DNA from: Rhizophagus irregularis
Lineage: Eukaryota
Direction: 5' to 3'
Assembly (NCBI RefSeq): GCF_026210795.1
Contig: NC_089434.1
Span: forward strand, 4,960,001-5,024,000
Length of the DNA stretch: 64,000 bases
Both the position numbers and the translations under genes were made by a program. This document shows, one piece after another, positions 1 through 11,480 of this stretch; position 1 is the first letter of the stretch; each line of letters opens with the position of its first letter. The notes below the pieces were generated by a model. It was not told the origin of the DNA. It worked only from the letters and a program-made list of their open reading frames with translations, and searched no databases.

Positions 1-2880
1 AAAACTTCCACAATTCGCGGATGATAGAACTAATAGTTCTGAAAAAGAACCTGACGATGAAGACGAGAACGAAAATGAGGAAAATTCTTTCAACTCACAA
101 ACATTTGTTCCTTCATTACCCACCAGACTTAATGAAGACAGGGCAATTAATGAAATTCTCAATTGAGCGCAACATAATCATGAGAGAATTGATTGGCTGC
201 ATAACGAAGTTTCTCCGGTTGATGAGTTTCATACTCCTGGATATATAGCAAGAGCATTTCCTACATTTTATCCTTGGAGAGTTACGGACCTTAATGAAAG
301 AAATAAAACCGACGGAATACTTTAAACATCTTTTAGTCTATAATGATGGTCGATTTGCTCGTCATCGACGGTGGCGTTACTTTGCCCTAAATTCATTAAT
401 GAGACGGAGTCTTATCAGAAGGTCGCGTATTAAATTTAGAGGAAGGACAGTAGCCGAAATATTGGATTTAATGCAAGACGATACTCATAGCAGACAAAGT
501 ATTACGGTATGGTGAAGGTTTGAGTGGTAACATCACAAAGGAACACCAGAAATTGATTAGGAAAAGATGAAAAATAATGATGAAATAATGGAAAAAGTAG
601 TACATTGCTTGGATTCTTTAGTTACAACAATCAATCCCGCACTTCCTCCTGATCACCACCAATTCCAAAAACGCTCTAAAACCTTAATGATGATATGCAT
701 GACTACGCTGAATTGATCGATAATAATGATCACCTAGAACTAACAACTGCCAGAAATGATCCACTTATAAATCCACATGATCGCATTCAATTACAGGGAT
801 GAAGGGCGCATGCTGCTTTACAAGTATGCTAGTAAAGCAAAACGACGGTCCTTAGGGTCCTTAGCCTTCTCAGAAGTGTTGGACAAAGCTCTTCGTAATG
901 ATAACCCAATGATCCAGCTGTTAAAGCATTCCAAAAGTTGCTCATTCGCACAGTCGGAGAACGTGATTTTTCGGTGCAAGAAACTTGTCATCTTCTTCAA
1001 TTACCGCTCTATCATAGTAGCCGAAATTTTGTCAGTCTAAAACTTAACAAAGAAGCGAATCGACAGCTTCGCGATAGTAATGAAAATGATCCAAATAATG
1101 AGAACAATGGAATTATGAAAACAGATCCCTCACCTCTACAAAGATATTGTAATAGACCTGCCGAACTTGAGGAACTTTCATTGTTCAAATAGGATCAGCA
1201 ATATAAATTAGTAAAAGGCAACTCCATCTCCCATTCGAAATGGTCCTGGAATTTTGTCGTATAAAAGTCCTCTTACATGTTCGTTATAGAGACCTACTTA
1301 GCCTCACAGAGAATCACACTCTTTCATGGATTGATATATATTTTATATAATTAACATCTTGTAGAAATTAATGATGACCCTAATGAACCTGCTGTGGATG
1401 ATATAGAAGTTGATGGTAACGATTCTGATGAAGAAGATGACACACCACAGGAAACGTATGAACTTCGAACTGACCGGATGTTATTGGCTGAAATGATGTC
1501 AAATAGACAGACGCGTAGCTTAGATGACTTTAGTGCCCGTGATATTGATAGAAATCACGACTTTACTTCAAATTCCTGAAAGGTTGTACTTTTTCTAATA
1601 ATCATATGATAGATATCTTAGCCGCCGTTCCAAGCTCTAGTAATAGCTACATGTATCCAGGGTTGACGAAAGTTTGCTACGATATCCTGAAATTGAAGAG
1701 GCAGAAAGCTTCATCCAGCAAGCAATTGGTAACTCAAGTTGGAAATAATTCAGCTAGTATCGACATTAGAACTCTAAATGTGAAACAAAGGTTAATACGT
1801 GAAAGTGTAGAATCACGTTGTATTAGCAAAATAACAAATCAATCCATAGAACCTTTACGAAATATTATCATGGGTACATGAGATCGCAAAGGAACATAAC
1901 TTACATGAGAACAATATGGTAGTTGCTCCAACAGGTGTTGCGGCTTTTAACATCGAAGGCAGCACTATACATTCATCACTTTCTGTTCCAATATGCGGGG
2001 TAAATGTTGAACTTGAAGGTGAATTTTTGAAGAAACTTCAAAGAAAACTAAAATATATATATTTTATAATCGATGAAATGAGTATGATAGGACGCCGTTT
2101 CTTGCTTTACGACTGCGGCAAGCATTTCCCGATCACTACAATATTCCCTTTGGTTGCCAATCCATAATTCTTGTTGGTGACTTTGGGCAGCTTCCTCCGA
2201 TATGTGGTGTTCTCATGTATTCTCAGGACTCTCGAAAATCAGATCATTTATCTGAGGTCGTAGTGCCTATAGTCAATTTCAAGAAATTTATAAACTTGAG
2301 GCTATGCAAAGACAAACAGGTTACTCGGATAAACAACAACAATTCAGAAATCTGTCATATCACTTACGTGATGAAAGTCTACACGATCCGACTGGGAATT
2401 ATTAATGACGCGAATCCAGGAAATATTTCTGAATCAGATATAAAAACTTCTTCAGATGCCATCAATGTTCTAGCAACATGGGAAGAAGTGGATAAACTAA
2501 ATTTGAATAAACTTCGATTATTAAACCAACCCGTTGCTAAGATTCATGCGGTACATACGGGTGGATCTGAAACTTCTAAGGCCGATTCCGAAACTGCAAA
2601 AGGAATTGAGCTGAAATATTATTATGCGGAATGTTATAAATAGGGTATTGGAAACATTAACAGGTATTTTATATAAAGAGAAGCCCGAGTACACCTCTTT
2701 ACCTGCAGTATTTTAGTTTCATTTGACAGTATAACAGTAATAGACCTTGGGAAGAAGGAATTTGCGGCTGACTTGTCATTGCAATTTTCCGTATACTTTC
2801 TCTTGATGATATTCTTTTCAAACACTTTAGTTTAACAGACTTGAGCGTATAAAAAATTGTAAAAGGTTGAAAGAGAAGAA
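1..2880 (+). mobile_element. Helitron RepHel relic (Helitron_like_N plus PIF1 helicase), frameshifted and internally deleted
   Basis: ORF pieces KPTEYFKHLLVYNDGRFARHRRWRYFALNSLMR (Helitron N region) and ERDFSVQETCHLLQLPL. PIF1 motifs VVAPTGVAAFNIEGSTIHS and IIDEMSMIG, plus IILVGDFGQLPP at ~2165-2200. Many stops and frameshifts. Left end lies outside the window; 3' terminus not identified. Confidence 0.88.
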
Positions 2881-3231
2881 CCTAGATTAAGTGGAATACA
2901 ACGATTTAAATTTTCTCGTTTTTTCCCAAATTTTTTTTTTAAAAAAGATTATCAGAATATGTTACAAAAAAAACTAAGGCATTTTTGTTATCATATGAAA
3001 GCACATCTGAGGTTGACGGCGCAGTGTGTGTGGCGCAGCGAAAAAATCCATTTATGTACTTATCATCATTGTCATTTATTATAAACTTAATTTTGTATTT
3101 ATTAATATGAAAATTTAACTTTATTTATTAAAATAAACCAAATAAAAAAAAAATAATTATATACTATTAAAAATAATTTTATATTTTAAGAAAATTAATA
3201 TATTATAAAAAAAGAAAAGAAAAATAAAATT

Positions 3232-4668
3232 TCATAATTTAATTACACCTTCTTTCATATATTTTGACACCACATTTTTTTGATCATCATGCCATAAATC
3301 CATATAACGATGAGTAAATTTAATAGGATTCCTTTTTTTACATTTCCAACAATTAAAAAATGCTTCTAAACCATCCTTTGAGAAATTCCAATCATCCCCA
3401 GAGAATTCTCGTAAGGATAAAGGAGACTTATTACTTATTATTTCTAATAAGTAGTCTCCATCGTCGGAAAGTGTTGAAACATTTATATTAAAGGATAATT
3501 TTTCTAAAACTGTGCAATTAGAAAAGATCCTATCGATTTCACAAAGATTTCCGGGGTCAATATCCAAATTTAAACTTCTTAAATTTGGACAATATTTTGA
3601 AATAATAATAATTAAATTTAAATTTTTTGCCCGATAATCTTGAAATTCTCTTGAACAACATATATCGATTTCAATAATGCTCTTATCTGATTTTTCAATT
3701 ATTAAGCATTCAATACTACTTGGTATAAGTGTAGCTTCAAAGATTCGAAGGTTTGGAAAAGAAGCTTTGTCTAAACAATCTTCCCATTGTTTCCAGTCTA
3801 CATTCTTATAACAGTTATAGGGTTCATTTCCATCATGATTAATAAGCTCCAAATGTTGTAGATTTATTAAACTTAAAAATGAACCGGGATCGATAAGCGG
3901 TGTTGTCATTAACGTTTTTAACGTGGCAGCCTTTTTCTTCACCACATTACTTAATAGTGGGTATTTGTTTTTATTGTCAATAAAATTTAAAAATAAGGAC
4001 CGCAGATTATGCTGCATTTCAATAAATAAAGCTAAACCTTTAGAATCCTCATTACAATAAAATACCTCTAAAGTTTTTATATTTTGGCAAATAGTGGCAA
4101 GTTCAAATAATGTTTTTGAAGTCACCATATTATTATTATCAAAATTAATTAAAAGAGATTGTAAATTTAAAAAAAATGACCCCACACTTGGAAATTTGTA
4201 GAATTCTATATCAGTACTTAAATGAAAATGGTTTATGTTTTTACAATTTACAAAAATTAAATTGTAAATTTGGGTTTCTAATAAATTTTTTTTATGAGTG
4301 GAATCTTCTTTAATAAAAAGTTGCACCATATCTCGAATCCAATATGGTGTGATTTGAGTAAAATAATTCATGTATTCAAATGTTGGCTTTCTTGGTAATT
4401 TATATGAAGGCAATATAATATTATTATTAATCAAAAGGTTTTCTGATTCGATCGGTAAAAAATTGGCTATTACTTTATATAACTTTACACGTGAATCCCT
4501 GTCACGACTATAGGTAATTTCATTGATACGAGAGATATATTTCCATAGGAAAAATACGGCGATCCGAGACCAGGATTTGTTAACAAGGACGCAAGAATGT
4601 AAAGATGAAATATCATCTTGTAATTCGAGCATAATCATTAAAAGAACATCTGCGTAAAGTTGAACCAT
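3232..4668 (-). CDS. F-box / RNI-like leucine-rich-repeat protein, 478 aa, single exon, apparently intact
   Basis: Long uninterrupted ORF. N-terminal F-box-like segment LYADVLLMIMLELQDDISSLHSCVLVNKSWSRIAVFFLWK. LRR-like units such as CQNIKTLEV, FPNLRIFE, CPNLRSLNL and CTVLEKLSF. Confidence 0.9.
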   Translation of the reverse strand: MVQLYADVLLMIMLELQDDISSLHSCVLVNKSWSRIAVFFLWKYISRINEITYSRDRDSRVKLYKVIANFLPIESENLLINNNIILPSYKLPRKPTFEYMNYFTQITPYWIRDMVQLFIKEDSTHKKNLLETQIYNLIFVNCKNINHFHLSTDIEFYKFPSVGSFFLNLQSLLINFDNNNMVTSKTLFELATICQNIKTLEVFYCNEDSKGLALFIEMQHNLRSLFLNFIDNKNKYPLLSNVVKKKAATLKTLMTTPLIDPGSFLSLINLQHLELINHDGNEPYNCYKNVDWKQWEDCLDKASFPNLRIFEATLIPSSIECLIIEKSDKSIIEIDICCSREFQDYRAKNLNLIIIISKYCPNLRSLNLDIDPGNLCEIDRIFSNCTVLEKLSFNINVSTLSDDGDYLLEIISNKSPLSLREFSGDDWNFSKDGLEAFFNCWKCKKRNPIKFTHRYMDLWHDDQKNVVSKYMKEGVIKL

Positions 4669-4684
4669 AGCTATGAGTATGATG

Positions 4685-4834
4685 AAGAGAAGAATAAATA
4701 GTATGAATGATTATTATTGTATGAATGAATAGTATGTATAACCGATTAAATAGACTGAAAAGAGAAGAATAAATAGTATGAGTGATTATTATTGTATGAA
4801 TGAATAGTATGTATAAACGATTAAATAGAATGAA
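4685..4834. repeat. 75-bp tandem duplication immediately upstream of the F-box start codon
   Basis: Unit AAGAGAAGAATAAATAGTATG...GATTAAATAGA starts at 4685 and again at 4760. Confidence 0.9.
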
Positions 4835-5644
4835 AAAAAGTATAATGTCAAAACCAAAAAGATACATCCATGTTATATATAAAAAAAGTTCTTATTGCCT
4901 AATATAAATTTTTTATAGTAGGGGCTTCAGGTTTGATGGTTATTATAGACAATTGCTATGTTCCGATTTCCGATTTATGTTGGCAAAATCCGAGTCGGCC
5001 GTTAGGTGTAATTGTATCAAAATCAATAAACTTGGTTTGGGAAATCAAAGCTGTATCAAAATCAATTGTTAAAATTTTATCATGCATAAATCAAAAGATT
5101 CCGACTACTATTTTTATCATCATACAGTATGTAATTAGATCATCATTCATTTTCTCATTTTTACATTATAATTTTGAAACTTGTGCATTGAATAACTTTT
5201 TCATTTTCTTCATTCCCTTTTAAAGAAATGAAACTTTTACATTTTCAAAAAAATGATCATATAATGCGTAATATTCGAGAACTTTTTTTGTGACATAAAA
5301 AATGTTTCATAATATATTGTTTTTAGAAGTTTTAGACACAGAATGCTCGTGTGACAAATATTATAGACTTTGACTGCGGTCATAATTCTTATTTAAAATT
5401 GTTGTTACAGAAAAAGGATTAAAAGGATTAAAGTTTCGGTACACCCGAGTTACATACGGCCAATAAATGTGTTCAATTTTTTTTTGATAGTAATAATTAT
5501 GCAAATTTAAGATCAGACAGTTTTGAATTAACAAAAAAGTCAATATGTAAAATGTATAATTCATGATATATAAAGCTAACAACAATGATTTTCAGTGGTA
5601 CAAAAATTTCATGCCTCTACTTGTCAATTTCTTTTACAAACATA

Positions 5645-5970
5645 GATGCAAGAGAGCGGTCATGTGGATTTCATGAAAAACTATTTTCTAGTCATGTGAT
5701 ACCGTCGTCCCTTGGTATCATCTGACGATATGAATGAAATTCCTAGTGCAAAGATAACCTTCAATTTCGCATGTTTATCATTTTTTTTTGATTCTGTAGA
5801 AGTATTATGTAAATATATTACACTAGTAATATACTTCGTTTCTTCGTTTCATTCCGAAACCTGGAGAAATTTCTGCAACTTTCGAAACTAAAACGTCACG
5901 TAAATTCTTTTTAATTGGTGACTAAATTTAGTGATTGTTCTCTCACAAGATATTCTCGATCTTTCACATT
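5645..5970 (+). repeat. Dispersed ~300-bp repeat, copy 1 (copy 2 at ~18768-19025)
   Basis: Shared blocks ATTTCATGAAAAA.TATTTTCTAGTCATGTG, TTGATTCTGTAGAAGTAT, AACCTGGAGAAATTTC and TTTTAATTGGTGACTAAATT occur in the same order in both copies. Confidence 0.85.
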
Positions 5971-6401
5971 GTAAATGTATGGTCACGTGATTGTTAGATC
6001 GTATTTTATTGAATACGCATGTACTTATAGTAAAAAAATACAACCATATGTACAAAGAAAAAGATCATCATACGTGACATACAAAGAGTCGTATACTGTA
6101 ACAAGTAAAATTCATTAGACGCGTATGCAACTTTTTTTAACCTTCTATAAATTTTCCACTTTCACCCAAAAGATGACTTAAAAAAACGAAGTATATTACA
6201 AAACGTAAGGAATAATATTAATAAAAAATTCAATAGATTTAAATCATAAATTAGTAATTATGCACAATTTTAATAAAAATTGAGTCCATATTATAGGATT
6301 TCGATCCGGATAGAACCGTTATCCGAATATCGTAATTGTGGATTTAAATTTAAATTTTTATTATCCGGATTCCTGCAATCATCAGGATATCCGGGAAAAT
6401 A

Positions 6402-6452
6402 CATATGGGCGGATTTGACTCACTTGATGACGATCATCAAGTGAGCCATATG
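6402..6452. repeat. 51-bp foldback with CATATGG...CCATATG ends and a perfect 12-bp hairpin
   Basis: CTCACTTGATGA (6419-6430), loop CGA, TCATCAAGTGAG (6434-6445). The left end CATATGGGCGGATTT resembles the TIR of the 30570-31503 element. Confidence 0.7.
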
Positions 6453-6911
6453 AAAAACATCCGGTCACGACAAGTCCATAAGTTGTTTTTGAATAATTTA
6501 GAATTTTCAGCCTTTTTTTATTTCTTGTTGATATTCACGCATTGACATTATCATATGGTAGGCTTTTTATTTTTCTCAGAAGCAGAAAAGCCTCTAACAA
6601 GGTAACCCTATAAAAAATTTTCAAGAAAAATGATTTCTTCGGGAATAAAAAACTAGAAAAATGATCATTTATCGAAGAATCTTTTTTAGGGTAAATTCAA
6701 GAATTCTTAGTTGTGAATTTTTCTCCCAATTTTACTTCGCAATCTCTTTGTATTACAATATAGAGTAAACAATTGACCCCTAATCAAACCATTTTCAGCC
6801 ATAAATCAATAAATAAACTGGTTGAGAACAATCAAAGCCATAAGGGGATGCTGTGTAATAAGCGACGCGGTCCGTATTTTCAACCTATCGGTTAATCAGA
6901 CTGCAAAAAAC

Positions 6912-6970
6912 CTGAGTTGATTCTTATGAGTTGATTCTTATGAGTTGATTCTTCTGAGTTGATCCTGAGT
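6912..6970. repeat. 14-bp minisatellite (TGAGTTGATTCTTA) x ~4
   Basis: Direct inspection. Confidence 0.9.
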
Positions 6971-9216
6971 CGAAATAGAATATTCACGGGACGAACCAAT
7001 GAAGGTTAATGTTTCAAAATGGAATAGAAAGACTGATGTAATATACAGTAAATATTTACTAAAATAAATAAAAAATTCTTTATCACGCTATCAAAATTAA
7101 ACTTAATAATTTTTATTCCTGTGGGTAATATAAACTAATTATCCAAGGTTTTACACAAATAAAAAAATGAAACGAAAATTTAGAAAGGGGAGCATACCCT
7201 GTTATATAAAATAAGATAAATAATCATGTTCCTAATCATTTAAATCCTTTATATGTTTATTCATTGTTCCTGAATTCAGTTTTTTTGTACAATAACTTTG
7301 ACAAATGATGCAGATCGTACAACGACAAATGAACTAATAATATGACAGGATTGACACTAAGATTTTGCGATAGCAAGAATTGTTGGACAAAAACAAATAT
7401 TTTGATAATAACAAACAACAATTTATACATTTTATATTTAAGAATTCGATTTAACGATTAAACTACGATTTATTTTATTTAACCAATAATATTATTTTCA
7501 ATGGCATAAAGTATTGAATTTCACAATATACGTTCAATTTAAGAAAATCGACAATAATTTCTTATTAATAAAGTTAAATTGTATAATACTTATAATAATT
7601 TTAGAAATTATCAAGTAATGCTGTTGATTTTTTAATGGAGTTTTACTACGGATCTATTTATAATGTAGCCAAATGGGTCAATTTAATTGCCTATACGACA
7701 TATTTAGAAGTTTAATGTTCGAATTTAAAGAAAACAAGCTTGAGAGGAAACACAAATAAACCGAACGATATTCTGTGATCCCTAATTTAATTTGACACGA
7801 GTTTAAATTAGATTTATTTAAAAGTTGATAAAACTTTGATAAAGAACAATGTTAAAAAAATTATATGCGATTGTAAAGACAATGGTAAAATAGCGGAGAA
7901 AGATTAGAAACAAGGAGAAAAAAAAAAAGAATTTTTTTTTCTTTTTATCTTTATTCTATTGTTATAAATTCCCTTGAGGATGATAATATGATTTTCTGAA
8001 ACATAATCATTTATAGTGATATATATATATAAATTATCATAACTCCTTATATTACTGCGATTTTTTTTTTTCTCGTGTAATTAAATTACATAATAACTGA
8101 GGTTTTAGAATAAGATTCCATAAAATAAAATGAAATAAAAAAAAATTATCAAAACATTGGACGGGTCACTTGTATACCGCATCCATACAAGTTATTATAC
8201 AATCTCAGTTTTGCGCCCTTACTGATTGTTTTCTTGGACTTGCAAAACTTGGACAATTAAAAAATTACCTATCGAATTTTCGCCATCAGTGTTACAATAG
8301 GTTTTTTTAAAAAAAACAGAGTATATTATAACGAATAATTAAAATTACAATTTTATTTATTAATAATTTAGTATTTAATAGTGAATTACATAATTAAATA
8401 AAATATCTCAAAAATTTGCTGGGCACGAGGACTTTAAGAAATTTATTAGCAAATGAAATTTAGTAAAAAAAAGCTGAACGTAAAGAATTATTAATGCATC
8501 AAATGAAACAATATCGTAAACACTCAGGTTTTGGAAGTTTCGTCAAAAATTTAGTTTTAGTTTCTCCCGAAACACTAGCATGCACTTTCTCACAAAAAAA
8601 CTCCGATCTCCGATTACAATGTTTAATTTACAACAATAGCTAGTAATAAAAAGTTCAGTTGTTTATATACTCAAGTTACTGTAATTTTAATTAACTTTGT
8701 TAATCAAAGAACAATTCATCTGATAAAAATTTAATTTTGTTGCATTTAGCATTTGCATGTAAAAATGTACATTAGATGTTTTTTATGTAGATTTGTGTAA
8801 AAAAATCTACATAAACTATACATACATATCAGATATACTATTTTTAGATTTTATGTGAATATAATTTTATGTATTTATATAGATATCTGATATATATAGA
8901 TTTTTTAAATAAATTTCATGTACTGATTTTTATATTATATTATTATAAATAATTTATACTTTAAAATAATAAATTCCCATTAACTACATTAACTATTATT
9001 ATTCTTATAAAAATATATCAATTTATTTCTAAAAAAATATCAAATATTAATTAATAAAATACTTAACTATTATTATTTTGAATATTACAAAAGTATTATT
9101 CTTAAAGTATGAATCACTGTAATGATTAATTAGCAAAAGGAAATTCATAAAAAGTTTATCAAAAAAATAATCCATTTAGGGATGCTAATCGTTACGTAAA
9201 TTACACTGTAAGTTAC

Positions 9217-9335
9217 GGGCGTCCTTAACGTACAGTGGGGAATTAACATACGAACTGGCCCGAGTTTAGGAGTTATGCACTTGCACGTTATAGCGTTAAC
9301 GTCAACTCCGGTCAGTTCGTATATTAATATTGTAT
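9217..9335. repeat. Foldback/MITE-like repeat, copy 1
   Basis: Internal imperfect inverted repeat ATTAACATACGAACTGGCCCGAGTT / AACTCCGGTCAGTTCGTATATTAAT. Core GGCCCGAGTTTAGGAGTTATGCAC is shared with 11345-11480. Confidence 0.7.
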
Positions 9336-10118
9336 TGATATGTTTACCAGAATTAAGATAATTCAGCCAGTATTACCTTAATTTTGGCCAAGTTTATAAT
9401 TTATTTTTTTATTTTTAAAATCCACGTGAACAAGATTACAGAAAGAGCCAAGTTTATAATTTATAACAAACATTAACAAATAACATAACAGATAATTAGT
9501 CCCGTGACAAGTTAGTGACAAGTTATTAAAACAAGTAATAAAACCTGTTTATAAGTAAAAACACGTAAGTACACGTAAAGCACATTTTGGGATCTAGCCA
9601 ATCACAGTGTTTCAAAACATTTAAAACATTTAAATTGTGTGGGCAATTAGGGGGAAATTCCGTTATGCTTTCGTTTTCCTCTCTTACAGCGCGTTCACAC
9701 TAGTTAATTCCGTCTTTATAAAAATAATAAAACTAGAGTCGGTCTGTTCTCGCTTGTATTTTATAAAATTTTTTGACGCTTAGCCAGTATAACGTATGTA
9801 TTTGACTTTTTAAGTAAAAGTAAAAATAAATAAAAATAAATAAAAATAAACAAATAACATTCCTTCCCTTTTCCCTTCCTTCCCCATTCACTTCCTTTCG
9901 TCCCTTACTTCCCTTATCCTTTTCTTCCCTCCTATAGCTCAAAACCTTTTGTTTATTTGTATTTAAAAGGTATATTTTTTACTTTTTTTAACAATAAATA
10001 AAAGCGGTGGATAATATTTATTATTTGAATCTTTCATTTTTATTTTATTGTTTTTCAAAAGAAAAATTTAATAGCTCTTCTGCTTTTACATAAAATATAG
10101 TATTTTCGCAATTTCGCC

Positions 10119-10648
10119 ATGAATAAAAACGTCAACAGCGTAAAATGCAGTGGGCGCCGGTGCAGTGGGCGCCGGTATGGTCGAAATGGAGTGAGAAAGA
10201 TGATTTTGAGAAGTGGGAAATTTTACTACCCATCAAGAGTGGCGCCGATTACAACACGACTTTTTTTTGATGACAGGTGCGTAATTTATGTAATTACCCT
10301 CTTGGCTTAATATCGAACACCCTTCTTTAAAATCTCTGATGTTTTATTATTGAAAGCTAATTTTTATTTTATTTTAGTTTGTTAGTGCGACGAATCTCTC
10401 TTGATGACAGGTGCGTAATTTATGTAATTACCCTCTTGGCTTAATATCGAACACTCTTCTTTAAAATCTCTGATGTTTTATTATTGAAAGCTAATTTTTA
10501 TTTTATTCTAGTTTGTTAGTGCGACGATTCTCAGGTGCGTAATTTATGTAATTACCCTCTTGGCTTAGTATCGAACACTCTTCTCTTCTTTAAAATCTCT
10601 GATGTTTTATTATTGAAAGCTAATTTTTATTATATTTTAGTTTGTTAG
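10119..10648 (+). CDS. Candidate small basic micro-exon protein (~73 aa); exons 10119-10276, 10378-10410, 10512-10534, 10641-10648
   Basis: gccATG start, preceded by a possible 5'UTR intron (9970-10100, GT..AG). Three GTGCGT...GCTAAT...TAG introns of 101, 101 and 106 nt. The spliced frame stays open: ...FFDD-SLLVRRISLDD-SLLVRRFS-VC*. No homology recognised. Confidence 0.35.
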
Positions 10649-10655
10649 TGCGATC
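10270..10655. repeat. ~134-bp tandem repeat x3 plus a degenerate partial copy
   Basis: CAGGTGCGTAATTTATGTAATTACCCTCTTGGCTTA...TAGTTTGTTAGTGCGA recurs at ~10274, 10408 and 10532. Confidence 0.95.
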
Positions 10656-11344
10656 TCACTAATTTGTTACATACTCCTTGGCTTAATGAAAGCCAATTTT
10701 TTATTTTATTTTATTTTATTATTTTATTTTATTTATTTTTTATTTTGTTGGTGAGATCAACGTAAATTCACTAACTTCTTGTGTATGTGATTTTCGCACA
10801 ATTGAAAAACTTTTACAAATACTTAATAAAAACGTTTATTAATTTAACCTATTACAAGAAAAGTTTATAATATTTAATAGTTTTTATGTTTAAAACAATA
10901 AAATATAGAATAGTAGTGTTCGCATGAGCTGAGTTTTTTCGCATGAACAAAACCATGTTTATAAAAACGTAAAGTAACATGTTAACTGTTTTGTTAATAA
11001 GAATAGCATTTTTTTGATTAGCATAATTTCTCATAATTTCCATAATTTCTTATAATTTCGCAGAAATTATGGTAAATCTCATTTGTTTCACCACATGATT
11101 TATATTGAAAATGCTATCCTCCCCTTAAATAATCAATAAATTCATGATTTTGTGACGTAGCTGCCTAAATCAATCACATTTATTTAATCTAAATGAACGA
11201 ATTAAAATACTTGAAATAAATAATTATGATCAAATATAAAATAATGAAATGTGAATCAATATTTATTTAATTTTTTAATTAATTATCAGCAACAAAAGCA
11301 AATGATAGTAATTAATACCAAATATAACTTGTTGAAAAGAAGAC

Positions 11345-11480
11345 GCGTCCTTATCTTACAAGGGGGTGTACAATCTTAACGTACACCCGGCGGCCCGAGT
11401 TTAGGAGTTATGCACGTGCACGTGCGTTAATTCCGGCCAGTTCCGTACGTTAATATCGTACGCCACGTTAAGGAACCCCA
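11345..11480. repeat. Foldback/MITE-like repeat, copy 2
   Basis: Shares its core with 9217-9335. Its right end ACGTTAAGGAACCCC is nearly complementary to GGGCGTCCTTAACGT at 9217. Confidence 0.7.

Noticed and set aside
3000..3050. Possible Helitron 3' hairpin and terminus, or capture of the F-box gene
   Set aside because: A GC-rich patch is present, but no convincing hairpin followed by CTRR was found, so the element boundary and gene capture cannot be supported.
6293..6396. hAT-like left end (TAGGATTTCGATCCGGATAGAA) and similar ATCCGGAT patches near 54890 and 56145, plus TAGAGATG..CGCAAC repeats at 56882
   Set aside because: No matching opposite end or TSD was found, so they could not be delimited as elements.
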